IMG/VR virus record: IMGVR_UViG_3300031566_000027
Span: 1 to 63,192 of that record
Direction: 5' to 3' (one strand)
Length of the DNA stretch: 63,192 nucleotides
From: a virus
Taxonomy: Duplodnaviria > Caudoviricetes
The notes under the pieces are model-generated. The model did not search any database, was not told where the DNA came from, and was given only the letters and a program-made list of their open reading frames with translations. Shown here one piece after another: positions 53,434 to 62,803 of this stretch. Each line of letters starts with the position of its first letter. Position 1 is the first letter of the stretch. Made by a program: the position numbers and the translations under genes.

Positions 53434-54096
53434 TTAAGATTGCCGTTGCCTCGGTTTGGTGGTTTCGATCTGCAAGGCGGTCATAAATCGCTGATAAAAT
53501 TGACCTGATCGCGGCGTATTGCCCGGGTTGTCGGAATCATCGTCATAATACATATAAAGCATACCATTATAGATGGCATCGATATATTGATCCTCGACCG
53601 GGATGGTTAAGAGGCGCCAATCGCCGTCAACATCGTAAACAACCGGCGTTGGCAAGGTGCTCATCTGAACCAAAACCCACACTTGAACCTGGTCGGTCAC
53701 AGGGGGCCAACAATAAAACCGGCGTTCATCGTTATCATCTTTCATAAAATGCTCGATATAATCCGCGGGTGTATCAGTGGTCCACTGAGGATAGAGATCC
53801 GACATTATTTTTAAGGTGGTTTCCCGCACTAACACCCCTGGGGCGGTGCCGAGGGCGCCCATGTTCATCGGGATATCGACCAACTCAAATGCTTTAGCCG
53901 GCAAGAATTGAAGCAAACCGGGGGCCAGGCGTACCGCCTCGGTTTCCTGGTGCACCTTTGGGGCCAGGTTGATCATGGTCCGGATGCAATTATTAAAGAT
54001 ACTGATGTTTTCCTGCTCATCGGTATCCTCGTTTGTTTCATCGAGGATCTTTCTTTCAAACTCGTTTATCACACTGCCGACTGTTATTGATCCCAT
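53434..54096 (-). CDS. Head completion / adaptor protein (DUF6682-like)
   Basis: LAPG..Q.LP.....L.DI..N...P.W......HFM.D......FY.WPP...Y.DAI...MLY..Y..D. Confidence 0.65.
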   Translation of the reverse strand: MGSITVGSVINEFERKILDETNEDTDEQENISIFNNCIRTMINLAPKVHQETEAVRLAPGLLQFLPAKAFELVDIPMNMGALGTAPGVLVRETTLKIMSDLYPQWTTDTPADYIEHFMKDDNDERRFYCWPPVTDQVQVWVLVQMSTLPTPVVYDVDGDWRLLTIPVEDQYIDAIYNGMLYMYYDDDSDNPGNTPRSGQFYQRFMTALQIETTKPRQRQS

Positions 54097-54106
54097 GTTA
54101 GGACTC

Positions 54107-54460
54107 CTAAAATGCTGAAAAATCGATCAGAGTTATGGTTTTTGTCACGCCGCCGGCGGTGATCTTGACCATTATATCGCCATCATCGCCGGATCCGGCG
54201 CCGTTTGATTGCCACAATACCGATTGGCCCTCGATCGGATCCGCCGGATCCTCGCTCAGTTCTGTTAGCATTACCCTCGAAAAGCTAATGCCGTCTAAAA
54301 TTTGCAAAAGTTCCTGGTAGTCGATGAAACGATAGATGGTATCCCCGAGGCGCCCCTCTCGGATCTCGATGGTGAGTTTAATATCTTTTAGGATCGTAAT
54401 GAGCTCCGGATCCTTACTTGATATTACTATGTCCTTTATCGGCGGGGTCTTTACTGGCAT
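54107..54460 (-). CDS. Small tail-associated protein
   Basis: LKDIKLTIEIREGRLGD.....YQEL resembles tail-fibre N-termini. Confidence 0.5.
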   Translation of the reverse strand: MPVKTPPIKDIVISSKDPELITILKDIKLTIEIREGRLGDTIYRFIDYQELLQILDGISFSRVMLTELSEDPADPIEGQSVLWQSNGAGSGDDGDIMVKITAGGVTKTITLIDFSAF

Positions 54461-55055
54461 ATTTCTCCAAATTCAATCCGGTTATCCCGGGATCCTCCTC
54501 CGGAAACTTGGCAAGGATCTTTTTGGCTATTGCCGCCTTAACATCTTCGGGCATTGTTGGTATCAAATCGCGGTTGATCTCGATCCATTCTCGAAACTTT
54601 TTCTTAGTCAAGGTTCTGAATGAATTGATTATCTCCGCTATTCTGGCCTCTGCCAGGGCAACCGCCGGGCTTGTGGTCACTGCCGGCGGTGAATCTTCCT
54701 CTTTTTTGCCGGGGCCGTCTGCCTTTTCCTTTTCCGCCATCAGCTTTTCGCGGCGGGCTTTTGCATCGATCTCTAACCGCTCGCCGTCTGCAATATTCTG
54801 CCGGATTTTCGCTTTTTGCTCCTCGTAAACGCCCTCGGGGGCCGCTAAAATATCCTTGGCGCTCATTTGCTCAACCGGTATCGGCGGGGTCCACTCGACA
54901 TAACAGTGCCGCCCCATGTTCAAAAATTCCTTAACGTGCCCCTCTTTGGTAACGCTGCATAACGGGTTTCCATTTGCATCCGGTCTGAAAGTGTAACGAT
55001 ATCCCTCGATATCGGCCTCGGTGATTCCCTCTCGCATCGTGCATTTAATGATCAT
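54414..55055 (-). CDS. Virion-associated hypothetical protein
   Basis: MIIKC..REG.T...I.G..Y.F.PD..G...C.V....H; AGGAGG RBS. Confidence 0.65.
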   Translation of the reverse strand: MIIKCTMREGITEADIEGYRYTFRPDANGNPLCSVTKEGHVKEFLNMGRHCYVEWTPPIPVEQMSAKDILAAPEGVYEEQKAKIRQNIADGERLEIDAKARREKLMAEKEKADGPGKKEEDSPPAVTTSPAVALAEARIAEIINSFRTLTKKKFREWIEINRDLIPTMPEDVKAAIAKKILAKFPEEDPGITGLNLEKYASKDPADKGHSNIK

Positions 55056-55159
55056 GGTAATGGCCTCCTGCCCATCGTTGGGTTGCGGGGCCCCCGCCTG
55101 CCGGGGGCCCCTGAGTTAAGCGCGTGGTTACAGATTATTGTGCAATTAAAGACCTATTT

Positions 55160-55213
55160 CCTAAGACTGACAAAATGTCCGTCTAAACCTAAGACTGACA
55201 AAATGTCCGTCTA
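55160..55213. repeat. Tandem duplication (28-nt period) of an internally palindromic unit
   Basis: CCTAAGACTGACAAAATGTCCGTCTA at 55160 and again at 55188. Confidence 0.9.
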
Positions 55214-55233
55214 GAAATGGTTTCTAGCCTGTC

Positions 55234-55707
55234 TTAAACGTCCTGTTGCTCCTGGGCGCGATAGGTCAACACGCCCCGGATCCCGCCGACACCTCCGCCG
55301 GTGGGTGCCGCGGTAACTTCCAGGGCCACCAGGATCGGATCGGTCTGAGAATACGCCTGCCGCAAATTATCGTAGTTCGCGGCGATAAAGGTTTTACTCT
55401 GAATACCTCCGCCCTGGCCGATCGCGGAATCCACAAAAAAATCGTGGTTCGCAATCAAGGCGATTCCCGCCCGGGTTTTCAGGCCGGCGGTAAGGGTAAG
55501 GGTCGCGCCGGTATCGAGATCCTCACATTCGATCGAGAATCCCAAGGGCACGCATTTCGGAGGCAGTACGCACAAGGAAACGAAATCGCCCTCATCTAAC
55601 GCCGTAGCGATATCGATATATCCATCGCTTACATAAACTTCGCCGGCGGAATGAGGGGCCTTTCCCGGCGCCTGCTCTTTGGCCATATTTGCAATATATT
55701 CGGTCAT
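55234..55707 (-). CDS. Capsid decoration / minor capsid protein
   Basis: Follows the MCP; beta-sandwich pattern L..GD...L..LP......DLDTG..L.L..G. Confidence 0.65.
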   Translation of the reverse strand: MTEYIANMAKEQAPGKAPHSAGEVYVSDGYIDIATALDEGDFVSLCVLPPKCVPLGFSIECEDLDTGATLTLTAGLKTRAGIALIANHDFFVDSAIGQGGGIQSKTFIAANYDNLRQAYSQTDPILVALEVTAAPTGGGVGGIRGVLTYRAQEQQDV

Positions 55708-55781
55708 TTTAAAACCTCCTGCTTAAAAATTAATGGTTGGTTACTGTTTTATCGATTATCGGTTAAACCGCCTGGTGAATC

Positions 55782-56918
55782 TTAGGTGGTCGGGTTTTTG
55801 GCCGCGGAATCGATCACATAAATGCCGTAATCTTTCCCGTTAAACGTGGTTTTCTTGACGCCGAAAATGGAATGAGTGGTAATGATCAGCTGATTCCCGT
55901 TGTCGCGGGTTTCCTCAAACCATCCGAAACGTAACCCGGTGCCCGGGGATCCAAACGCGCACACGGCCGCTTGCTCGCCCAGGAAAAGGGCCCGGCAGGC
56001 CTCAATATTGTTGCCGACACCATAGTCGGTAAACCGGATCAGGTTTTCATGCTCATGCAACACCACGTTGTTATACATACCCAGGGATCCCTTGAAAATG
56101 GAATTGTTCCGCCCCTCGGCGCCGGCCGCGGCCTTTTGAATGTCTAACCATTGGCCGGTGGTGGTGACGGTGCGAACATCGTACACCTGCCAGGGGTTCA
56201 TCACGCAAACGTAATGATTTTCCCCGTTGATCATAATCGGCATGATTTTAGGCGTTTGGGTGTTGCCATCGGTGCCGGCCGCGCCGCCGCCGGATCCGCC
56301 GCCCATCATCGTGGCCACTGCTTTGGCCTTGTCGATCTCGGTGAGGTTCATTACATCGGTGACAAGCAAAGTCGCCTTTGCTTTACCATTGGCAACCTGG
56401 ATATGCTCGGAATCCGGAGCGGTGAGGCTGTTTCCGGCAAACCCGGTGTAGGTGGACGGAAAAACAAATTCCGCGTTGACGCCGCGAGCTCCGGAAAGAT
56501 ACATAAAGTGCAACTCATCAAAAACCCGGGCCCACCATTCCGATTGACGTTTCCGGGATATTTTCCGGAGATTGTGGATGGTGCGCTTGCGGGTCATGCG
56601 GCCGCCTGAGTTCACACCGCCGCGCATCTGGTCGATAAAGACGCCATCGGTGTAAAACTTCAATTCTTCCTCTTTGTTTTCGAGCACATCATCGCCCTCG
56701 ACCGGTTGCATTTTCAACTGCATGGAAAGGTCAAAGGAAATGTACTCGCCGGCATCGTTCTCGAGCTCATTGAGTTGATGGATCGGCATACCGGATTCAA
56801 CTCCCTGGCCGAAAAACTTTCTCGACCAGTAAGAGGTCCGCGCAATATCCACGGCCAAAAACGCCGAATACTTTTTTACTGCCTTGGGGTCATTTACCCC
56901 GATTATAGTTTGTCCCAT
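55782..56918 (-). CDS. Major capsid protein, N4-gp56 family (DUF4043)
   Basis: TIIGVNDPKAVKKYS, LENDAGE.ISFDL, IDQMRGGV..GGRMTRKRT.H.LR, FKGSLGMYNNVVLHEH, GVKKT.FN..DYG. Confidence 0.93.
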   Translation of the reverse strand: MGQTIIGVNDPKAVKKYSAFLAVDIARTSYWSRKFFGQGVESGMPIHQLNELENDAGEYISFDLSMQLKMQPVEGDDVLENKEEELKFYTDGVFIDQMRGGVNSGGRMTRKRTIHNLRKISRKRQSEWWARVFDELHFMYLSGARGVNAEFVFPSTYTGFAGNSLTAPDSEHIQVANGKAKATLLVTDVMNLTEIDKAKAVATMMGGGSGGGAAGTDGNTQTPKIMPIMINGENHYVCVMNPWQVYDVRTVTTTGQWLDIQKAAAGAEGRNNSIFKGSLGMYNNVVLHEHENLIRFTDYGVGNNIEACRALFLGEQAAVCAFGSPGTGLRFGWFEETRDNGNQLIITTHSIFGVKKTTFNGKDYGIYVIDSAAKNPTT

Positions 56919-57067
56919 TTTAAAGCCTCCTGTTCAGAATAGGTTGGATTTAGTGTTTTAAAGGGTTGATTCGTTCACTCCTGCCCTTGCCGGTGCCATC
57001 CTCGGCACTCTCCGCCGGCCACTTAACCTGCTCTGTTTTAACAGGTGGCTCTATTAAACCTGGGGCC
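56919..57067 (-). promoter_or_regulatory. Capsid leader with GGA motifs (candidate CsrA/Rsm sites)
   Basis: Hairpin GTGCC-GAGGAT-GGCAC (57008-56993), GCGGAG, CAGGAGTG and SD ACAGGAGG. Confidence 0.5.
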
Positions 57068-57229
57068 TTATTTCTGGATATCTTGCTTAGAAATATCAAC
57101 TTCTTTTGGTGCATCTATACAAATCCGGACCTTTTTGCCGGATTTTTTAATAACTTTCAGCTTGATAAGGACTTTATCAATTAACAAACTCACTGTTTCC
57201 GAGTCTGTGATATCGGTCATTAATGCCAT
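57068..57229 (-). CDS. csrA: CsrA/RsmA-like protein, 53 aa
   Basis: ETVSLLID.V.I.LKVI..SGKKVRICIDAPKEVDI compared with CsrA GNQVRIGVNAPKEVSV; TAATG coupling to the upstream gene. Confidence 0.65.
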   Translation of the reverse strand: MALMTDITDSETVSLLIDKVLIKLKVIKKSGKKVRICIDAPKEVDISKQDIQK

Positions 57230-57711
57230 TATCGGTATGCCTGGGCCGCGGGCCCTTTTGCTGTCTGCCCGGCCTCGAGATCCCTGGTAACAACCGCGCC
57301 GGCGGCAACCATCGCCCTTTCGCCTATGGTGACTCCCGGTAAGATGATAGCGCCGGCGCCGATTGACGCGCCCGCACAAATCAAAACGGGATCCTCTTTA
57401 GGCGCTTCATGGCCTGCCCTGGGGTGTTTCATATTGAGGATCCGGGCCCCGGCGCCGATAAAAACATCGCGCTCGATCTCGCAGGCCTGCATAGTAACAT
57501 GGCTCATAACCTGGACGTTTTCCCCCAGGGTTACGCCGTCACCGATAACACAGTGGGCGCCGATAATACACCATGGTCCAATTTTGGCGCCTCCCATTAT
57601 ATACGCGAAATGAGCGACATAAACGGTTTGGTGCACATCGGCGCCCTGGTCGACCACGGAAGATAATTCCCAATTATCCGGATATATAGTTTGAGGCATC
57701 CCTATTCTCAT
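57229..57711 (-). CDS. Hexapeptide-repeat (left-handed beta-helix) N-acetyltransferase, WbpD/WxcM-like
   Basis: AKIG..C.IG..C.IG..V.LG..V; DVFIGAGA...N.K.PRA; GASIGAGA.ILPGVTIGE.AMVAAGAVVTRD....G.PA. Confidence 0.9.
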   Translation of the reverse strand: MRIGMPQTIYPDNWELSSVVDQGADVHQTVYVAHFAYIMGGAKIGPWCIIGAHCVIGDGVTLGENVQVMSHVTMQACEIERDVFIGAGARILNMKHPRAGHEAPKEDPVLICAGASIGAGAIILPGVTIGERAMVAAGAVVTRDLEAGQTAKGPAAQAYR

Positions 57712-58625
57712 GGATGGTAATCCTCATATTCTTTTAGATCCACCGGGCTCAGTTTATCGATTGCCTTTTGCAAGGCCTCGCCATCTAAACTGTCCAAGTG
57801 AGCGAATTTGTTAAAGTCAACATTTCCTTTAGCGGCCGGCACTTTTGCCAGGGTTTCAGGTGGCCGTTTGCCGGATTCCGCCGCCTTTGCCCTTTCGAGG
57901 GCTTCTTTTGCCCTATCGTCTGCCGTTTTCTTATCGTTTTTGGGTGATCCCGCCGGCGGTGCGGATCCGCCTGGTCCTGCCAGGCTTGAAACTTCCGCGG
58001 CTACTCGAGCATGGGCCTCGTTAAGGAGATCGAATCCGGGGGCCGTTGCCCATTTATCATCCGCCAACAAAGCGTTTACCTGGGCCGCAAAGGCGCCGTA
58101 AATAACCTGGGATCTTTCGAGCTCCGGATTGGATTGCAAATACCATTCTCTCTCCCAGGACCACCTTTGCTCGATCATGTTTTCGTTGTTTGTTACCGCC
58201 TGCTCATGGTGCCAGATCTTTTTTTCTAACTCCATGCGCTTGTCGGTATAGACTTCATAATCGATATCGCCATCGTCAAATTGGGTCTTGATATCGTCTA
58301 AGTCCTTTGAAATCTCATCTAATTCCTCGGGCGAGAGCGTTTTCGCAATAGGGATAAAGTGGTCGGGTACTTTGGCTTTTTGGGGCCCTTGCTCCTCGTC
58401 CTCGTCCTCGTCCTCGGTCGCGTCTTTCCCTTTGGTGGCATCATCATCCCCTTTGGATTTATCGGCATCCTTGCCGGCATCGTCCGTATCGTCCGCGGTT
58501 TCATCGTCCTTTTCACCTAATGCGGCCGCCTCCTCCTCCGATAAACCGATATCGGTGAGTTTTTCCTTGTCAGTTCGGCCATCGCCGGCCGGTGTTGCTT
58601 TTGCCTGGTCCTCGGCTGTTTTCAT
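57708..58625 (-). CDS. Capsid scaffolding protein
   Basis: Acidic N-terminus, helical core, C-terminal FAHLDSLDGE.L..AI.KLS; between portal and MCP. Confidence 0.75.
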   Translation of the reverse strand: MKTAEDQAKATPAGDGRTDKEKLTDIGLSEEEAAALGEKDDETADDTDDAGKDADKSKGDDDATKGKDATEDEDEDEEQGPQKAKVPDHFIPIAKTLSPEELDEISKDLDDIKTQFDDGDIDYEVYTDKRMELEKKIWHHEQAVTNNENMIEQRWSWEREWYLQSNPELERSQVIYGAFAAQVNALLADDKWATAPGFDLLNEAHARVAAEVSSLAGPGGSAPPAGSPKNDKKTADDRAKEALERAKAAESGKRPPETLAKVPAAKGNVDFNKFAHLDSLDGEALQKAIDKLSPVDLKEYEDYHP

Positions 58626-58655
58626 AGCGTATACTCCTGTATTTTGGTTGAGGGT

Positions 58656-58931
58656 TTACGATTCTAACGCTTTTTTCATCCGTCTTTTGCGTTCCTTGAT
58701 GGTTCCCATAACCTTGCCTACACCGCCCTCCTCTTTCTTAGGCTTGTAGGCAATAACTCCCGGCGGTTTCGATCCCGGCTCGGCCTCCATGCCCCTTTGT
58801 TTCGGCGGTGCGGTGGGATTTTCAAGGCGTTCGCTCATCCGGCGCCTGTTAGCCATATACGAAGTAGCGGCATCGGTGACGTAATCGGTGGCGCGTTCTA
58901 ACAGGCCTTTTTTCTTTTTCTTTTCTGCCAT
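58656..58931 (-). CDS. Small basic hypothetical protein
   Basis: AAGGAGG RBS. Confidence 0.65.
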   Translation of the reverse strand: MAEKKKKKGLLERATDYVTDAATSYMANRRRMSERLENPTAPPKQRGMEAEPGSKPPGVIAYKPKKEEGGVGKVMGTIKERKRRMKKALES

Positions 58932-58945
58932 GGGTGATCCTCCTT

Positions 58946-59131
58946 TTATTTATTCCCGGGCATCCGGGATCTGTTACGCATATAGTGATTGACTTTCTTT
59001 TTGCGTGCCTTGTCGACTCCGGATATCGTGCCCTTATTCCTACTGGCATAAAACACGCGCTCGCCGGCCTCCTCGCCGTATTGATCTTTCATGGCCGCCA
59101 TGATCTTATTGCCTTTTTTGGTGAGTGGCAT
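58946..59131 (-). CDS. Small conserved phage protein
   Basis: MPLTKKG.KIM.AM..QYG...GE.VFYAS.NKG.I.GV; TGATG coupling. Confidence 0.7.
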   Translation of the reverse strand: MPLTKKGNKIMAAMKDQYGEEAGERVFYASRNKGTISGVDKARKKKVNHYMRNRSRMPGNK

Positions 59132-59298
59132 CAGTAACCGCCTTTTTTGCCTTTGATACAACCGGCCTTGTTTTTATAGGGGTGGTTGCCCTTTCTGATA
59201 TCCTTGGCCTTGGCGGTATCGCCCGCCGCCCTGCCGGAATAGTTGTCTTTTTCCGGTTTCCTGCCGTGTTTTGATGGTGCTGTGCCCTCTCCGCTCAT
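59131..59298 (-). CDS. 55-aa basic protein (below ORF-track cutoff)
   Basis: AAGGAGG RBS; MSGEGTAPSKHGRKPEKDNYSG...KGKKGGY. Confidence 0.6.
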   Translation of the reverse strand: MSGEGTAPSKHGRKPEKDNYSGRAAGDTAKAKDIRKGNHPYKNKAGCIKGKKGGY

Positions 59299-59310
59299 GG
59301 TAAAACCTCC

Positions 59311-59676
59311 TTAAAAGGTGCGCATCCGGCGTTTTTTACGGTTATTGGTTATAACTTTCTCTCGATCCATCGCCCCGGCCATGCCGGACCATCTTTTGAC
59401 TCCGCCCCCTGGGGCCATTGGGTTAGACAAACCGGCGCCCTTGCCCGGTGATAACAAGGGCGCCGGCGTCTGTGCTCCGCCATTATCAGGCGTTTCCGGC
59501 GGGGGTTCCATCCGCGCTGATGGCGATGGCGGAGCTACCGCGGCCGCGGCCGGTCCGGAGTTCTGCCCGGTGGTATCCGGGTCAAGGGGTTCTATTTTTG
59601 TGCTTAAAGCTGCCCGCTTAATGGGGTTCCTATCTTTTTTCTTTGCCCCCAGGCGCCTTATTCCTTGTATTGGCAT
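59311..59676 (-). CDS. Pro/Ala-rich basic hypothetical protein
   Basis: Overlaps the portal 3' end; low complexity. Confidence 0.5.
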   Translation of the reverse strand: MPIQGIRRLGAKKKDRNPIKRAALSTKIEPLDPDTTGQNSGPAAAAVAPPSPSARMEPPPETPDNGGAQTPAPLLSPGKGAGLSNPMAPGGGVKRWSGMAGAMDREKVITNNRKKRRMRTF

Positions 59677-61903
59677 TAGGATTGATCTCCGATCGCTTGC
59701 TCGCCTCGATGGACGCCAGGGCGCTTGCCCTCTCTATCGTCCTGCCGGCGGCCGCGTCTGTTTTCTTAAATTCCAATTCCTCGTCCTTTAATTCAACATC
59801 TGCCTCGATGGCCATGGTTTCCGCGACAACCTTATCGATCTCAGGCTTTAACTTTTCAATCTTATCAGCGGCCTCGGCCTCGGTTTTAACCGCCTGGGCC
59901 TCTTTGAGGCGGAGCTCTAACATTTGGACGGCCTCGAGTAGATCCTTTTGGCGTTGCTGCTCCTCGGCCTCCATTTGCCGTTGGGCCACTTCCTCGGGAT
60001 CCTCCGGGTTCTTAGATGGATCCTTTTGACCGGATATCTGCCGGATCCTGGCCACAAGAGTTTCCTTTAGAGGCACATCGGACATATCCACCACAATATC
60101 AAGTAGCGCGAGCGCAACCTCCGGAGGCAGTTTTTCCATCATGCTCATTAATTGCTCGAAAGCTGCCTGCCTCATGCTCGCGGTGAAATTCTGGCTATCG
60201 ATAACAAAATCCGCCTGGCTTGCAGTGATATCGTTAAGCATTTCGCCGGTATCCGGATCCTGATGATTAATTTCCTCAAATTCAAACTGGTTCGGGGCCC
60301 CCTGAATCCGGATAACCTTTGCCTCGCTATAAAACTGCTCGATCAGAGATAGCTTGATCTCTCCGATCAGCTGAAAGGCGAGGCGTAAATTATCAAACAT
60401 CGTCATTGTTAAGGTGGTGCCTAATTCCTGCCTGGCCGTGATCGCCCGGCCGGATATGGCGTTAGTTTGCCTGCCCATCATTTCATCGTTGACGCCCCCG
60501 GTCCGCTCAATATATTCGGCATCCTGATTCATCAACATAACGTGCTCTTGTGCCAGATTCGTATCGGATTGAAAAGTGAAGTTTGCCCCGGGCTTGATCC
60601 GGATCAGGCCATCCGGACGGTCAACCTCGGCCTTTAGATCATCCCAATCATCGGTGGCGTTCTCATCTGCTATCACTTGGCGGGTGTTGAGAATATGCAG
60701 GGCCTTTGACCGGCGTTTGTTTAGATCCTCTTGCGGATCTCTCAGCTGCCGGATCATTCCATAAGGCGAGTTATCAACCTTTTTCCTGTGGGCCCAAATC
60801 GGTACAAACGGAAATCGGTTATGATTATAAGGCGTTGGGCCATCATAAAGCACGCCCTTACTGCAAAAGATCATTACCCGGATTCCCATTCTGATGGCAT
60901 CGTAAACACTGGCCAATCCCTCATCGACCAGGGTTTGATGGTCCTGATTGTTCTCATCAAACATCACGCCGCTTAGGGTTCCGATCTCTTTGCCTTTCAT
61001 TACCTTGCCGCGCATCGGTTCCTTGTACCAGGCCTCGATTAGTCTGACTCGGTTCCGCGACTAGGTTGTTACGCCCGTATCACCGGAAAGTTCAAGCGCG
61101 AATCCGCCCTCGCCCTCGACCGGATCCACATCGATCGTCTGGTCCTCCTCTTGCCAGTACAAATCATCCTTTTGCACTGCCAATTTAACTACTTGCAATC
61201 GATCCGGAAACATCACGGCCGCGATATCGAAATCAACCCACTTGGATCTGAAAAGGTATCTGGCATCGGAATAATCTGGCTCGGTATGCAGGGTATCCCA
61301 CCAGATATTCCGCCAATCTTCCCATCGAACGAATACCGGATCCTCATCCGGATCCGACCGGACGCCGGCCTCTAACCATCCGACTCCGGACTTAACCGCA
61401 TCTTCAAAAGCCCTCGAGCGGTGGAATCCCTCCTTATTAACATCGGAAACGTATTTCATTATTTTGGTTTTCGTTTCCGCCAGGGGCCTATCCTCTTTCC
61501 CCCTGGGGAGGACCACATAATCAATACGGGTTCGCTTTTCAGTGCCGACAACCCAATCCACGGTAGGTTTGATCTGATTAAAAACCGTGGCTTTTTGCCC
61601 GCGGGCCTTTAATTCGGATTTATCATCCTCATCCCATTGATCGCCGTCATAGAACTTATGGTCTTTCATCTGCTCGATACGGAAATCGCCATGCAACTGC
61701 CGCTCGCGCTTGTACCATCCGTTTAGGCGTTGATACCGGGTGAGGGTTTTATGATCAGTATCGTATGGGTGGCGTTTATCCCGGTTTTCCTCATCGGTTA
61801 TACCGGCGAGCTCGAGTTCCTCCTCCTGACTGAGGCCTTGCGAATACCCATAATCCGGATCGTTGAATCTATCAGTTGCGGTATTGTTTATATCCATCGT
61901 CAA
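59630..61903 (-). CDS. Portal protein (P22-like), interrupted by one in-frame TAG at 61061-61063
   Basis: FYDGDQW...RGQ....N.IKP..DWV.G.E; reading continues in frame as GVTT*SRNRVRLIEAWYKEP into PY.HNRFPFVP, PYG.IR..RDPQ.DLNKRRSKA and SGRAI.ARQ. Confidence 0.9.
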
Positions 61904-62291
61904 CCTTTTTCGTTATGTCGTGTTCAAAGGTTTCGCCGGCCGCGGTAACTTTTGCCTGGCCGACCGTCTTTCTGGTTGGATCCAATGGTGGCATCTTAAT
62001 GAGATCGTCAAACCTCGTCTGAATAGCGTAGGCAATTTCCGCCAATTTCCTGATATTAGGCTTGCCAAGCTCTAAAACGGTCATAATCTGCTGACCGACT
62101 CGATAAAGGTGCTCCTCAAACGTGGCGTTATGGTCCTCTGACCAGTAATGTAACTGGTCCATCGATATGATATAGGCGTTCACCTGGGTCTTTTGGCCTA
62201 TAATCGGGATCGATGAAAGCTGCCTTTTCCTTTGCAGTTTTATAACCGGTTGCCCTCTGAGATACCCGGTTTCGACATGGAAGTCTGACAT
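61872..62291 (-). CDS. Conserved hypothetical protein between terL and portal
   Basis: AYII.M..LH.W...I...I....DDLIKMPP; AGGAGG RBS. Confidence 0.65.
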   Translation of the reverse strand: MSDFHVETGYLRGQPVIKLQRKRQLSSIPIIGQKTQVNAYIISMDQLHYWSEDHNATFEEHLYRVGQQIMTVLELGKPNIRKLAEIAYAIQTRFDDLIKMPPLDPTRKTVGQAKVTAAGETFEHDITKKVDDGYKQYRN

Positions 62292-62293
62292 TT

Positions 62294-62788
62294 TTAGCCT
62301 CCTGCCGGTTGACCATCCTCCTCGATGGCGCTGATTGTATCCCTAATGATGGCCTCGATCTTAATGGCCACCGTGGCGCTTACCTTTTTAAGATCCGTTG
62401 GCGGGCCAATCGGAATAGTAACCGCGTGCGATACCTCATTGGACCAGGCCGAACATTCTGAATCGCTTGCTGAAATACAGGCGCGAACGATAAAATATTT
62501 GGTGACAACCTGCCCCGGGGTTCCCGTATAGGTGACGGTGGCATCGGCCTGATAGGTATCGGGCGCCGTGGGGTTCGACTTGGCCACATCAAAAAACTGG
62601 CCGTATGGGCCGCCCGCGGTTTCCCCATAACCAAACTGCCATCGCGTTAAGACGGCATAAGTTTCCGGATCCTGATTCCATTCAAACTTGATTGAGGGGT
62701 TTTCCTCGGCTGCCTGGGCCAGGAATCCGCCGAAAATTGCCAGGGCCATAAAGATGATCAGTGCTAATACGTTTCGATTTAATTGCAT
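62294..62788 (-). CDS. Secreted fibronectin-type-III-like protein
   Basis: Sec signal ending LAQA; F.W.Q......W..GYG...GGPY...YF.VRA......S.WSNEV......P..P..L. Confidence 0.7.
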   Translation of the reverse strand: MQLNRNVLALIIFMALAIFGGFLAQAAEENPSIKFEWNQDPETYAVLTRWQFGYGETAGGPYGQFFDVAKSNPTAPDTYQADATVTYTGTPGQVVTKYFIVRACISASDSECSAWSNEVSHAVTIPIGPPTDLKKVSATVAIKIEAIIRDTISAIEEDGQPAGG

Positions 62789-62803
62789 GGATATCCTCCC
62801 TTG

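Noticed and set aside
55160-55213. CRISPR mini-array
   Set aside because: The two units are directly adjacent with no spacer, and there are no cas genes.
57230-57379. N-terminal extension of the CsrA-like ORF (103-aa call)
   Set aside because: It overlaps the acetyltransferase in another frame; the coupled ATG at 57229 gives a CsrA-sized protein.
59630-61903. Genome-wide TAG reassignment
   Set aside because: Many genes end at TAG at natural C-termini, often overlapping the next RBS, and the 6001-codon ORF contains no TAG.
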